A stretch of 63,281 bases of DNA, counting the filler, from Reclinomonas americana ATCC 50394 (lineage: Eukaryota): the NCBI GenBank assembly GCA_048213135.1. It is 46 parts of 46 records of this genome, joined end to end, with 100 filler letters (N's around TTAATTAATTAA, not from the genome) between each part and the next. Parts side by side here need not be neighbours in the genome. Positions count along the whole stretch, not along the records: positions 12,487 to 13,771 come from AFZH01025916.1; positions 13,872 to 15,156 come from AFZH01025917.1; positions 15,257 to 16,540 come from AFZH01025918.1; positions 16,641 to 17,924 come from AFZH01025919.1; positions 18,025 to 19,306 come from AFZH01025920.1; positions 19,407 to 20,686 come from AFZH01025921.1; positions 20,787 to 22,067 come from AFZH01025922.1; positions 22,168 to 23,448 come from AFZH01025923.1; 38 more parts are not named here. One strand, given 5' to 3'. The position numbers were made by a program, and so were the translations under genes. Under the pieces are notes generated by a model that made no database searches, was not told where the DNA came from, and was given only the letters and a program-made list of their open reading frames with translations. Of the stretch, positions 12,966-25,062 are shown one piece after another (within the stretch, counting starts at the first letter, position 1; every line of letters begins with the position of its first letter).

Positions 12966-13259
12966 CTAACGAATGTTCTGCTCCCACGACTCATGCTCGC
13001 GAATGAACACAAAGTAGATGAGAACGCCGAGGCCGAGTGTCAAATACGTCAGTGTATGCGGGTTCTCCAAGACACCTCCACCTCCACTGCTGTTATTGTT
13101 GGCAACTACAGCGCTTTTCTTGCCACCACTCTTGTCGTCCGAGGACGAGGAGGAGGGCGATGACTCTAATGAGGTCTGAGAGGCGATTGTGGTTGTTACT
13201 GTGTTAGAGGAGGAGGAGGAGGCATCGTCGCGTGAGGCTTGCTTGCGACGAGCGCTCAT
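12966..13259 (-). CDS. Small Ser-rich protein with a C-terminal transmembrane segment (tail-anchor-like)
   Basis: 97-aa ORF from ATG to TAG; hydrophobic stretch LTYLTLGLGVLIYFVFI. Confidence 0.55.
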   Translation of the reverse strand: MSARRKQASRDDASSSSSNTVTTTIASQTSLESSPSSSSSDDKSGGKKSAVVANNNSSGGGGVLENPHTLTYLTLGLGVLIYFVFIREHESWEQNIR

Positions 13260-13606
13260 GGTGGGCGGTGAGAGGAGAGATTGAGGACATTGTGGGAGGA
13301 CGACGTCGGCAATGCATTGTGGCGAAGTGCATGAGAGAAGGAGTAAAGTACGTTGAGCTCTATAACTGTTGCGCCTAAGCAGTGCTGGTGGCTTCGAACT
13401 GGGCGAAGTATCTCACTTGCAAGCGCCGACGTCGACGATTGAGATACAGCTTCATGATCAAGTTCGAATTCGAATTCATGAAGCTCTATCGTGGTCTGAA
13501 TTACGTCAGTGTGTGCGGGTTCTCCAAGACACCACCACCTCCACCTCCGCCTCCACTGCTGTTATTGTTGGCAACTACAGCGCTTTTCTTGCCACCACTC
13601 TTGTCG
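13045..13606. repeat. Direct repeat of ~95-105 bp (copies at ~13045-13138 and ~13502-13606)
   Basis: TACGTCAGTGT.TGCGGGTTCTCCAAGACACC...CTCCACTGCTGTTATTGTTGGCAACTACAGCGCTTTTCTTGCCACCACTCTTGTCG occurs twice. Confidence 0.9.
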
Positions 13607-13871
13607 ACGTCGTCCCCCTGACAGAACGATTTTTTTTGACCATGGACACTGCATGGACGGTGGTCCGGTCCATGGACAGTTTATGGACACAGTCGAGGAC
13701 CATAAATTTGTTCCGCACACCACTCACGCAATCGACGTGTGTTTTGTGCACCACGCACATGGAACGAGTGANNNNNNNNNNNNNNNNNNNNNNNNNNNNN
13801 NNNNNNNNNNNNNNNTTAATTAATTAANNNNNNNNNNNNNNNNNNNNNNNNNNNNNNNNNNNNNNNNNNNN

Positions 13872-14020
13872 ACGAATCGGAAGCTGCATGCACAGTGTGA
13901 GACGCGAAGAAGAAGGGAGGGAGTGAAGTGAGTGAGTGACAGAGAGCTCTTGCAAGACGCAACTCGAGCTTGAATGCGATCAATCAGATCCGACACCAGT
14001 TGCTCCTCGGAAGACATCAT
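13872..14020 (-). CDS. Probable neurofibromin (NF1/Ira-like RasGAP) extreme N-terminus (intron 13884-13963)
   Basis: Spliced MMSSEEQLVSDLIDRIQAR|LPIR resembles the LVxxLxxRIxxRLP start of neurofibromin-family proteins; only 23 aa visible. Confidence 0.45.
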
Positions 14021-14548
14021 GCTTCTGCGCACCGCACACACACGCTGTGGTGAGCCACACCAGAGGCAGAGAGGCAGGGAGAGTGAGAGAGCACGCAATG
14101 TCCACAGACAAAGAGACACAGACACGCACGCGCACGTACGCGACAGCACACAGCAAGCAATACCAGCAATGTGCGCACGTGAGCGAAGCACGTACACAGC
14201 GGCAGGCAGACAGACAGAGAGAGAGAGATACACAATACACACTCACCCTCAACACTCAACTCACCAATAACTTTTCTGGCAAATGCACAAAGCGCACTGC
14301 TCTCTGCTCAGAGAACGCACGCCCGGGCGAACGTGCAAGTTGCGTGCAAGCAAGACGAGCGTGAACGAGAGTGTGCGTCAGATGAATGAGTCATGCCTGA
14401 CATTTTTCCGAGTTGGAGGCGAGAAAAGATTTGAAGGAGGAGCGGGTGTGAAGACATCTAGAACCAACCAGCCTTCATACACAAGCAAGTCTTGCGCAAA
14501 TACACACACACACATACTCTATACATAGAACGCGTGCACAGAGGAAAG

Positions 14549-15156
14549 ATGGAGGTCGCTGCTGCTGCTCCTGCTCCACCACCATCATCGCCCAGCAGCT
14601 CTCTGCCGGCGATCAAGATCGACTTTAGCAACCCGATGCTCTTTGTGCGCCTGACAGTGCTCTTTGTGGTGGCTGTGATGGCGCACCTGCTGCCATCGAC
14701 CGCCGACGATGCAACGCGCGATCTGCTGCCGCTGCTGCGCTCGCCCTTTGTGATTGCCGTGTGCCTCGTGCTCGGCGTGTGTGTGCTGCTGGCGGTGCAG
14801 AACTCGCTGTCGTTGTTTGTGCTGCGGCCGAGTGGAGAGCGCAGGCGGCTGGCTGACTCGTGCTCGTCGTGGGCGGCGCATGTGAGGTGGGCGTTTGTTG
14901 GCGCCTTGTTGGCGGTGGCGGTGGGTGGCGCGGTGTTTGCGCTGCCGCGACTGCCGTCGGCCCACACTAGTGAGTGGTGCTTGCTGGTCGGTGCGGTGGG
15001 AGGCACGGTGCTGCTGTCGTGGTTGCTGGTCGGGCGGCTGCGAGCGCAGATGCAGCCGGTGGCGTGGATGGGTGTGGTCATGGTGTTTGCGAGTGCAATG
15101 CTGCGCGAGGCCACCATGACGCGCCTGCCGCGCACACTGGCCACCGGTCAAAGCAA
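14549..15156 (+). CDS. Multi-pass membrane protein, 3' truncated
   Basis: ATG 14549, about five hydrophobic helices; divergent from the NF1-like gene. Confidence 0.6.
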
Positions 15157-15256
15157 NNNNNNNNNNNNNNNNNNNNNNNNNNNNNNNNNNNNNNNNNNNN
15201 TTAATTAATTAANNNNNNNNNNNNNNNNNNNNNNNNNNNNNNNNNNNNNNNNNNNN

Positions 15257-16540
15257 TGCACTGCCATTCTTTGTGCCGTCATTCATTCCGCCGGCGTATG
15301 TTCGTGCGGTGGCTGCGGGTGTCGATGTTCGTGTCGACATTGGCATGGAGTCTGTGTCGTCGGCGGCGGCCACGGGCGCGATTGGCGTAGTCAAGGCGAC
15401 GGCGGCGGAGGCGCAAGTCGGCGCCGGTCGCGTGTCACTGCACGCTGTGCAGATGGCCGGTGTCGACACGGTGACGTCGCTACTATCGGCACTGATTTCT
15501 CCGACGCGCTTCTTTGACAAGTTTTCCACGCTGGTCGACATTGACACTGCGGTGCACACGGGAGCTGTGGAGTTGGAGGCCACGATTGCTGGTGCTGACG
15601 CGGCCGACAAGGCACTCTTGCACTACTACCTCGATCGCCAGTGGAACATCACGTCCCTGGCCGACCTCGCTGCGTTCACCAACCAGCTGACGTGGGATCT
15701 GCGCGTTTCGGGCACCGACACAGTGCAGCACGCAATCTCGACACTGCTGCACACTAATGGCACGTCGCCGTGCCAGATGGCGGCCACCATGGCTGACTTT
15801 GTTCACTGGGTTGAGGCGCATCCTCTGGTCGAGCAGCTGCTACCGTTCTCGTCGAGCTCGCTGAAGACGGCGTTACATAGCGTGTTCGGTCGTATGGTGC
15901 TAGACGTCAGTACCAGCGTGTGTGAACGGCACGACACACTGTCGTTGGCCGTCTTTTGTGCGGTGATGCGTGACGCCTTTGGCAAGGACGTGTGCAACGG
16001 GACGGTGGTCGACCACGACAAGGTGGTGCTGGACGTGGTGCTGATCAAGAAGCACGTGGCGGTCGACAACAACTTCCGGTTCGACTCGCCGCTCTTGCTG
16101 GGGAATTCGCAGCTGCCGATTGGTGTTGGTGTGTCGAATGACTTTGCGCTGACGGTCGACTTGAATGTGACGATGCACGTGGTGTTGGACTTTTCAAGCG
16201 TGGTTCCAGTGGTGTCGATTCAGAACGAGCAGTTGTGGTTGACGGCGGCATTCACGGACAGTGGCAAGGCCACATTGGATTTCGGTCCGCTGAGCATTAC
16301 GTGGGGCAATCTGCGGGCGTCGCTCGGATCGCCGGCCACGTTGCACATTGAGGCACGGCAGGACGACTTTGATGAGCAATCACGTCCTCCGAGCCGAGGC
16401 TTTGGAGAGTATTATGCGCTCGATGACAGCAGCGGCAGCATGCAGAGGTCTGTCATGCACCGTGTTGTGGTTCCCCGCGCTCGAGGCCGACGGAACCGCG
16501 GATTGGTGGTGCACATGCTGGTTCCCGATCCGGAGGTGAC
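15257..16540 (+). CDS. Fragment of a large hypothetical protein (long uninterrupted exon, beta-rich C-terminal part)
   Basis: Open frame over more than 400 codons; no recognised motif. Confidence 0.6.
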
Positions 16541-16854
16541 NNNNNNNNNNNNNNNNNNNNNNNNNNNNNNNNNNNNNNNNNNNNTTAATTAATTAANNNN
16601 NNNNNNNNNNNNNNNNNNNNNNNNNNNNNNNNNNNNNNNNCCGCGTCGAGATGCGGTTCTGAGGGAGCAGGAGCGGCCGTGTCGCTCTCCTGCCGCAAAG
16701 CCATTAGCGCCATCCTGGCGACGCGCTGGCAGTCGGAGAGATGTTTTCGCGCGCCCCGGCCCGCTTTTCGAGCCCGCCCCGCATGCGGCAGCGGTGCTTT
16801 ACCGGTGCTTGCGACTGCCGTAGCCGGCGAGCCGAGTACCGCCGGAGATTTGCC

Positions 16855-17346
16855 ATGCCTCAGTCATCGACCGCTTCGCCCATGTCCACGGGCGCCCTTG
16901 TCCTGCGCTATGCCGGGTCCCTGATTCTCGGAATGGTCGTGCTGAACGTCGTCTTCCTGCTCCTGGAGACGTATTTCAAGCTCAGCCCCGGCAACATGGC
17001 TGCGATGGGCATATTCCTGATCTGGGGAGCGGCCTCGTGGGTCGGCCAGCTCTGGTTCCTGCGCGAGCTGGCGCGCCCTGAATCCGGTCGTGCCTGGACC
17101 GTCGCGGCCCTGTGCGCGCTAGTGACCTACCTGGTCCAGGCGGCGTTCGTGCTCCTCGCCGCTGCGGCGGCGCTGAGCGAGTTCGGAAACCTGGGCCTGA
17201 GCAGAGGCAGCGACCGGATGATCATTCTCGGCGTGTTCGTGGCTGTCGCCGTGCTGGAATTCCTCGTCATCCGCCTTGCCATCGGCGTCGGCGCGAAAGG
17301 GGCCGAGAGGCGGGCACAGCGCCAGGCCGCCAAGGCCGGTGCCTGA
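16855..17346 (+). CDS. Bacterial (alphaproteobacterial-like) small four-TM membrane protein, possibly ABZJ_00895 family
   Basis: GGAG RBS before ATG 16855; four hydrophobic helices with a WFLRELARPE loop; family name tentative. Confidence 0.6.
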   Translation: MPQSSTASPMSTGALVLRYAGSLILGMVVLNVVFLLLETYFKLSPGNMAAMGIFLIWGAASWVGQLWFLRELARPESGRAWTVAALCALVTYLVQAAFVLLAAAAALSEFGNLGLSRGSDRMIILGVFVAVAVLEFLVIRLAIGVGAKGAERRAQRQAAKAGA

Positions 17347-17437
17347 ACGGATACCGTCAACCCAGCGCTATCAGCCGACGTATTGCTGACGAAAAGGTGC
17401 GGAAGTTTCGCAGGCGTCAGAGCCGGAGGCGATCGCG

Positions 17438-17924
17438 ATGGCCATTTTTGTCCTGATACCCGGTGGTTGGCAGGGCGGGTGGGTCTACCAGAAGGTGGCC
17501 GATCTGCTTACGGCGGGTGGGCATACAGCCTTGCCGATCACGCTGTCCGGCCTCGGCGATGAGGCTGCTCCGACGGCCAATCTCGACACTCACATCAACG
17601 AGGTCGTCGAGGTCATGATGGCGCAGCAGGAGAAGGTCATACTCGTCGGACAATCCTATGGCGGTATGGTCGTGAGCGGCGCGGCCGATGCCGTGCCGTC
17701 GCAGATCGGGGCGCTGGTCTATGTCGATGCCTATGTGCCTGATGACGGCGACTCGCTCTGGTCGCTGACGACACCGCGTTTCCGGGATGTCTTCATCGCG
17801 GGAGCGACGGCCGATGGCCTCACTTGCGCGCCGCCCGCCCATCTCGACCCGCGCTGCCGGCCGCATCCGATCGGGACCTTTCTCCAGGCCATCACTCTCA
17901 GCGGGCGCTGGCGCAAGGTACCGC
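17438..17924 (+). CDS. Bacterial alpha/beta hydrolase (methylesterase/SABP2-like), 3' truncated
   Basis: GGAGG RBS; FVLIPGGWQGGW oxyanion loop, GQSYGG nucleophile elbow, LVYVDA. Confidence 0.9.
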
Positions 17925-18024
17925 NNNNNNNNNNNNNNNNNNNNNNNNNNNNNNNNNNNNNNNNNNNNTTAATTAATTAANNNNNNNNNNNNNNNNNNNN
18001 NNNNNNNNNNNNNNNNNNNNNNNN

Positions 18025-19230
18025 GAGCGATGAGGATCGCAATCGCCGTCGTCGCAATCGTCGCGCTGAACATCAATCGCGAGGCCACTTGCAAGCTTTG
18101 CTTCCCGCACACACTCTGTCGCCGAGCAATGCCGAGGCTGGCGCTCAACAGCACGCTGCGGACGACGCGTCTTCGATGGGATCGGCTCATTCGGCTCGCT
18201 GCAGTCGACTGTGGCCATCCTGCACCAGCGGAGTGTGCACGTGTGTGTGATCAGAGAGTGCATGTTTGACATTGTGCGCCAGGTGTAAGTTGCTTTGCTG
18301 TACGCAGACCACGGTGCGTGGGTGGTGCTGTTCCAGTGTTCTTTGTGCACCTCCTTCGCTGTTCTTCCTTCCTCACCGCGGGTGACTCTTCGCAGACAAG
18401 TCGGCGCAGACAGAATCTCCGACACAACAACAACACAGAAGCGGCGACGGTGCCGCGTTCCACAGCACGTCGTCCTCTGCTGCGCAGCCTCACTGGTCTC
18501 TCCACTGGCGCCGTGACGGTGCGTCGTTCATTCACCAGGCTGTAGCACAGACAGTGAGTGTGTGTCACTCAGTGTGCGCTACGCAGACTGCGACAGCATC
18601 CGCGCTGCGCCGCGTTCTCACTGCAGACGTCGCGTTTGGATCGACCACAAACTCAGGTGTCGAGCACGTGCGGGCACTCAGGGCAGCGCGCGACGGAGTT
18701 GTCGACTGCTTCCGAGAGGCCCTGCAGAACGCATGCACTCGCCAGTCGGATGGTGTGGTGGCGTCTACTGCAGCCATGCAGGAGCTGCCTGGCGATGTGC
18801 TGTTCCACTACGTGCTGGAGACTTTCAGGAACCGCCGGCGTCAGCTCTCGGCGAGACTGAAGATGGCCGAGAGAGGAGGCGAAGACGCGCACCGCGTGAG
18901 ACAAGTGGTAATAGAACACTGGGTTGCTCTCGCAGAGCGAGGTGTGAGGATACCAGAATGAACGTTGAATGACGCCCCGTCACTGTCTACGTATACTCTG
19001 GCTCCCAGTGAGTGAGAGCATCCATGTCCAGGTTGAACAGGCTGCGCCCCGTTTACCATCGCCATGGCGATGGTAAACCACGTGGTTTTTTTCTCGGTCG
19101 ACTGAATTTGGAACAAAACTGGAATGTCCCGCGGCGTTTCTCTCCCTGGGTGACACCTGTGACCCCGGTAGTGTATGTTCTCCACCCAACAACGCGTCGG
19201 CAACAAGAGGCACCTTGCCGCTTGCATAGT
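18025..19230 (+). CDS. Hypothetical multi-exon protein fragment
   Basis: GC-rich open stretches separated by GT-AG segments; exon structure uncertain. Confidence 0.3.
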
Positions 19231-19453
19231 GAGTGAGAGGAACAGAAGTTAGCTGAATTTTATTTTGCAGACCGAAGCTGAGCAAAATGTCATGCAAATT
19301 GCTCCCNNNNNNNNNNNNNNNNNNNNNNNNNNNNNNNNNNNNNNNNNNNNTTAATTAATTAANNNNNNNNNNNNNNNNNNNNNNNNNNNNNNNNNNNNNN
19401 NNNNNNTCTTCCCTCTTCCCTCTTCCCTTTCCCCCTTCTCCCACCCCGCTCAC

Positions 19454-20462
19454 CAGCCGCAAGCGCCGCGCTCAAATGCGACGCCAACTGCGTCACCAAC
19501 GTCGCCGGCTGCGCGAGCAACGCGGCCAGCAACTCGCACTTGCGGCCAAAGAGGTCGACGGCGGAGGGTGCCGCCGCCGGGTCCTGCAGGAGCGCATCGA
19601 GTGCACTGTGTGTCAACTCCAACAGCAGCCCCTCGAATGATTGCGCGCGCTCCGCGTCCACCGCCAGCGTGCGCCACAACTCCTGCAGCGACGAGAAGCA
19701 CGCGCGAAACACCGGCCACCGCGTCTCCTCCACGCAGAAACGCAGCACGAGAGTGAGCTGCTGGTGACAGACGGCCTCCAGAAAGGCGTGCGTGGCGGCA
19801 CACTTGCGGAAGAGATAGCGCGCGGCGTCGGCCACAGCCGCCACCACCTGCTCCACCACATGCGAGGTGACATTGGAGGACTGGCGGCCTTGCCACAGTG
19901 CAGCAAAGAGAGCGTCCACCAACTCGACGGGGGTCATGCGCGCCGTGTCGTCTTCCATCAGAAGCTGTGGCACGCACAAGTGTGTTAACAGCCATCACTG
20001 CATGAGGGGGGGACAGCCCAACATACCTGCGGTGCCATCAAGTCGAGCCACACCACGGCGTACTTGTACGAAATGCTGCCGCTGCCGTAGCAACCGTGTC
20101 TCAAGAACGAGAGGAACGACGGTGCAAACGATTTGCGCGGATTCACTTGCTCCCAGATGGAGTCGCCGAATGCTGTCGAGGAGACGTCAGCTACGGAAAA
20201 GGAGGGTATGGAATCAGAGGACGCCTGCGCAACTGGACACAAAGTCGGTCAGCGCCGTCCACATCAGTCCGTGAGTCGACGAGTCGGTGTCGTTGAAGAA
20301 GCGCGCGCACGCCTGTGCCATGGGCTTCAAGTTGGGGCGGCAGTACACGTCGGCAGCGTGCCTGGTGAGCGCCGACATGACGCGGTAGACGGCGGAGCGA
20401 ATGATGGAGACTTTGGAGGCGGCCAGCTTCCAAAAGTCGGTGGTGAAGATGTCGCTGTCCAC
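19454..20462 (-). CDS. LTN1: E3 ubiquitin ligase listerin, N-terminal HEAT region, multi-exon (one intron 20173-20233)
   Basis: FWKLAASKVSIIRSAVYRVMSAL...NDTDSSTHGLMWTALTDFVS|TFGDSIWEQVNPRKSFAPSFLSFLRHGCYG matches the listerin N-terminal domain pattern. Confidence 0.75.
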
Positions 20463-20603
20463 CTGCGCAGAGGGGAAAGGGGTGAGGGGGTGAGGGGGCA
20501 AGGGGGGAAAGGGGAAATGGGGAAAGGGGGGACAGATATTAGAGTATGAGTGAGATAGACGTCGACAGTGCCGAGAATGCACAAGCAAAAGAGGGAGAGA
20601 GAG

Positions 20604-20686
<83 letters not shown>

Positions 20687-20786
20687 NNNNNNNNNNNNNN
20701 NNNNNNNNNNNNNNNNNNNNNNNNNNNNNNTTAATTAATTAANNNNNNNNNNNNNNNNNNNNNNNNNNNNNNNNNNNNNNNNNNNN

Positions 20787-22067
20787 AAACATAATCGCGG
20801 ATGAGCGTACAAGGAAAGGCGTTACACAAAACCTGGCTGGCCGGTATGGGCGTGCCTGTCAGCACGGCGATTTCTTCAAGGTCGCGTCGAATGTCGGCCT
20901 CCGATGGCTCGCTGAAATACGCAGGATTGCGGGCAAAGTTGAGGCGGCGGAAGAAATCCAGAAACGGCACGGTGCGGATGTACAGTGCAGTATCTGTGTG
21001 TGCCATCGACAGAATATATGAGCCGCAGCAGTCAACACAAAAGAAAGTGGGGATTAAATAGACACTGGCACACCGAGACAGTTGAGCTCATCGAGCTGTG
21101 CCACGCGTGTCGGTCGCAAATGCTCCATCTCAATGAGCACCGAGTCATCCAGGTACTCCTCAGGCGACGACTTCTCCGCGTCCGCGACGGCCGCACGAAT
21201 CAGTTGCAGCTGCGTGTGAATGTACTTGTCGAGATTCTCGGGGTCACGAGGAGGCGGCACGGCAGCAACGCGGCGGGCTGCGGCACCAGACGCTCCTACG
21301 ACAGCATGAGTGAGGAGAATGCGAGCCGACAAGGGACATGACGTGAGTGTAATCACCATTACGCTGCGACGGAATCGGAATGCCACCAAGTGAGGTTGGT
21401 GTGTGAGGCAACTGGGTTCCTGGAGGCGCACTCATATCCTCCGTTGCCCGAAAGGGCTGCAAACCGGGCGAAGCAGCAGAGGGCGGCGACGTGGCAGTTA
21501 TCGTCAGAGCAGCAGCTGCAGCTGCGGCAGTCGCCGTTGCTGTCGTCGGAGATGCCGTGGTCACAATGGCGACAGGTGTCTGGCCACCACTGTCGCCTGC
21601 TGCAGACGAAACTGCGGCAGGAGGGGTGGTGGTTGTGGTGGGGGTGGTTGTTGTTGTTGTCGTCGTCGTCGAGGACCCCGTGGCAGCGGTCGCCGCAGCC
21701 GGGATCTCGCTGACTGAGCGGCGCTTGGGAGGCGGTGGCGCCGCAGAATCAACGGCAAGAGAGTCGCGCCGCACCTCGCTGGCTTGCAAATGTGACCGTG
21801 TTTGTTGCATGGCGGCAGGACCAGTGGCGTCGCCGCCCATGGAGAACTGGCGAATCATCAGAGGATCGCCAGCACCAGTTGGGATTGCCACCACGTCGGC
21901 CGCGGCGGGAGCTCCCTGCTGCTGCTGTGGTGGACTGCCGACACCACCCGACGCCTCCATCAGCATGGAGGCGCTGGTGGCCGCGGCCACGGCAGACGTT
22001 GCGCCTCCGATGCCAAGAGACATGCCAGTGGGCGAGGACACCTGCAGCGCAGACACGTAGGTCGCCC
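20787..22067 (-). CDS. Hypothetical protein fragment with Ala/Thr/Ser low-complexity region, copy or allele A
   Basis: Three exons; near-identical to 26307-27587 with synonymous exonic differences. Confidence 0.7.
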
Positions 22068-22168
22068 NNNNNNNNNNNNNNNNNNNNNNNNNNNNNNNNN
22101 NNNNNNNNNNNTTAATTAATTAANNNNNNNNNNNNNNNNNNNNNNNNNNNNNNNNNNNNNNNNNNNNT

Positions 22169-22209
<41 letters not shown>

Positions 22210-22237
22210 TCAGAAACTCGCTTGCCGACTTGCGCAC

Positions 22238-23448
22238 CTCTGACAAATCAAACAGCTGACGGGCGAGGCGCAAAAACTCCAAAAAGCTCAGGCCACCATT
22301 GCCGTCGGCGTCCATCATCTCAAACACGCTCGTGAACTTGGCGTCGTTGTATTCTGCGCGGCATCGGGTGAGAGAGAAGTCAAAGCGCTCACATCACACG
22401 ACAGTGTGTGCACGCACCAACACCGAGGCCAGTGACAAACTGCTTGCACTCATCCAGCGACAGCTCTCCACTGCCGTCCTTGTCGGCCAGGAGGAACAGA
22501 TTGCCGAGTTCCTTTTCGTGGCGCGGGTGCGAGTGGTAGAGCTGCGCAAAGGGAGAATAAGGAAAAGGGAGGGGAACGGAGGGGAAGGGAAAGGGTAAGA
22601 GAGGGGAAGGGGAGGGGAAGAGAGGGGGGTAAGGGGAAGGGAGGAGAGGGGGTGAGGGGAAACGAGTGGAAACGAGAGAATACGAGTGGAAACGAGAGAA
22701 TACGAGTGGAAACGAGAGAATACGAGTGGAAACGAGAGAATACGAGTGGAAACGAGAGAATACGAGTGGAAACGAGAGAATACGAGTGGAAACGAGAGAA
22801 TACGAGTGGAAACGAGAGAATACGAGTGGAAACGAGAGGAAACGAGTGGAAACGAGAGAATACGAGTGGAGACGAGTGGCAACGAGAGGAAACGAGTGGC
22901 AACGAGAGAAGATGAGAGGAGACGAGAGGAAACGAGTGCAAACGAGAGGAAACGAGAGAATGCGAGTGGAGACGAGTGGAAACGAGAGGAAACGAGAGGA
23001 AACGAGTGGAAACGAGAGGAAACGAGAGGAAACGAGAGAATGCGAGTGGAGACGAGAGAATACGAGTGGAAACGAGAGAATACGAGTGGAAACGAGAGAA
23101 TGCGAGTGGAAACGAGAGCATACGAGTGGAAACGAGAGAATGCGAGTGGAAACGAGAGAATACGAGTGGAGGTCCTGCCGACTCTTTTCCCCTTCTTGTG
23201 CTGAGCCATTCTTTCTCTCCCTAACCCATGGCTACCACTCTGCACCACTCTTCCGTTTCTGTCACGCAACATGGAAAGCATCGGGATTGTTCATCGCCGC
23301 GGCGAGGAACTCCGACCACGAGATCTGCCCGTTACCGTCGCGGTCGATGCGTGTCATAAACTCTTGGAACACGGTCGCCGGCATCTCCTGTCCCTGATAG
23401 TCAAAGTACACGCGGCGGACCTCCTCCGGACTGATGATGCCGTTGCGG
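22238..23448 (-). CDS. Multi-EF-hand calcium-binding protein fragment (long intron 22542-23270)
   Basis: EF-hand loops RNGIISPEE, DRDGNGQISWSE, DKDGSGELSLDE, DADGNGGLSFLE. Confidence 0.9.
22658..23170. repeat. Intronic minisatellite: 20-bp unit AACGAGAGAATACGAGTGGA made of two related 10-mers
   Basis: About 510 bp in strict 10-nt register; homogeneous first part, shuffled variants in the middle. Confidence 0.97.
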
Positions 23449-23548
23449 NNNNNNNNNNNNNNNNNNNNNNNNNNNNNNNNNNNNNNNNNNNNTTAATTAA
23501 TTAANNNNNNNNNNNNNNNNNNNNNNNNNNNNNNNNNNNNNNNNNNNN

Positions 23549-23582
<34 letters not shown>

Positions 23583-23868
23583 AAGCGGGGGAATACTGGA
23601 TGCATGAACAGTAAGGACACGAGGAGGCCGGAAGACAGAAGAAAGATCAGTGAGAGAGGAGGGAGTAGTAGAGAGTGCAGTCACACAAAACGGCGGCGAG
23701 CCAGAGAATGAAAGAGAGAGAGAGAGAGGAGGGAGGGAGCAAGAGCGAGAGCGAGGAATACGACGATGCACTTTCACGGGAACAAACTGGAAGAAAAAGG
23801 ACAAAACAGAAGGAAGGAAATGACATGCAAAGAGACATCGTGGACCCCTTCCATCACCACGACGCAAC

Positions 23869-24599
23869 TGTCGGTCACATGAATGCTCAAGGACGTTGAC
23901 TGGGCCGACGAATCCGTGACAGTGATCAGCACATCAAAGGAGCCACTCGCGCCGGCCATCAGGAACGACAGTGTGGCCTGGCGTGACATAGCCGATGGAG
24001 TCAACCCGACGTATACGGCAGGCGAGCTGGCCATCCACATCCACGAATCGTACAAATCGCTGTTGGCGTCGGTGACCTCCACGGTGGCGAGAAAGCCGCC
24101 GGAAGTCGACGGCGCATGGTATGTCGGGTTCAACGGAGTCATCACAATGCCCGTGGGAGCAACAGGATCTGCACGACAAGCGGCGTCAATATCCACCACT
24201 AACACATGAGTGCGTGCATGGCCACGAAACTTTCGACGAAATTAATCGTAATCGCACTCGCCACGCGCATCGTGTCGTCAATGGCATCAAACATGCACAT
24301 CTGCGGTCCGCTCGTGAAGCTACCGATACTGACGGTGGCCGTTGCAGAGACGGGTGCGGGCGATAGACCTGGTGGCGTCACCACCAGCGTGTGATACTGT
24401 TGGCTGGTCAGCGGAGCCTCGAAAGTGTTGAACGTGGACGTGCTGATGATGCAAGGTCCGGAAACCCGTCGCAGAACCAGCGAGGTCGTCGAAACGTTGT
24501 CGTCGTACACGGTCAGTGTGCCCAGAGTCTGTGACGAAGAAAGGCCAGGGGTGTAGCTCTGAGTGCCGTTGTACGCCAAGTCTCGGGGGTTTGCTGGGA
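23869..24599 (-). CDS. Extracellular beta-sandwich (cadherin/Ig-like) protein fragment
   Basis: S/T/V-rich beta pattern with LTVYDDN, VEVTDANSD and VLITVTDS. Confidence 0.45.
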
Positions 24600-24605
24600 C
24601 TGTGG

Positions 24606-24760
<155 letters not shown>

Positions 24761-24925
24761 GACGACGAGACGACGAGAGACGACGACGAGACGTACGACG
24801 ACGAGTACGACGGTACGTACGTACGNNNNNNNNNNNNNNNNNNNNNNNNNNNNNNNNNNNNNNNNNNNNTTAATTAATTAANNNNNNNNNNNNNNNNNNN
24901 NNNNNNNNNNNNNNNNNNNNNNNNN

Positions 24926-24973
<48 letters not shown>

Positions 24974-25062
24974 TCAGCGTCGTGCACAGCGCATCGCACA
25001 ACAGAGGGCGAATCTCAAAATGTTCTTTTGTGTCTCACTCTCCGCGTTCAGACAACAACTTG

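Noticed and set aside
16641..17924. Horizontal transfer of bacterial genes into the eukaryote, or any gene-cluster inference across contigs
   Set aside because: Adjacency in this window is artificial, and no contig joins bacterial and eukaryotic sequence
22658..23170. CRISPR array, telomeric repeat, or repeat-protein ORFs (ETREYEWKREN..., STRILSFPLV...)
   Set aside because: No unique spacers or cas genes; it lies inside a GT-AG intron between in-frame EF-hand exons, and the ORFs are by-products of a stop-free repeat
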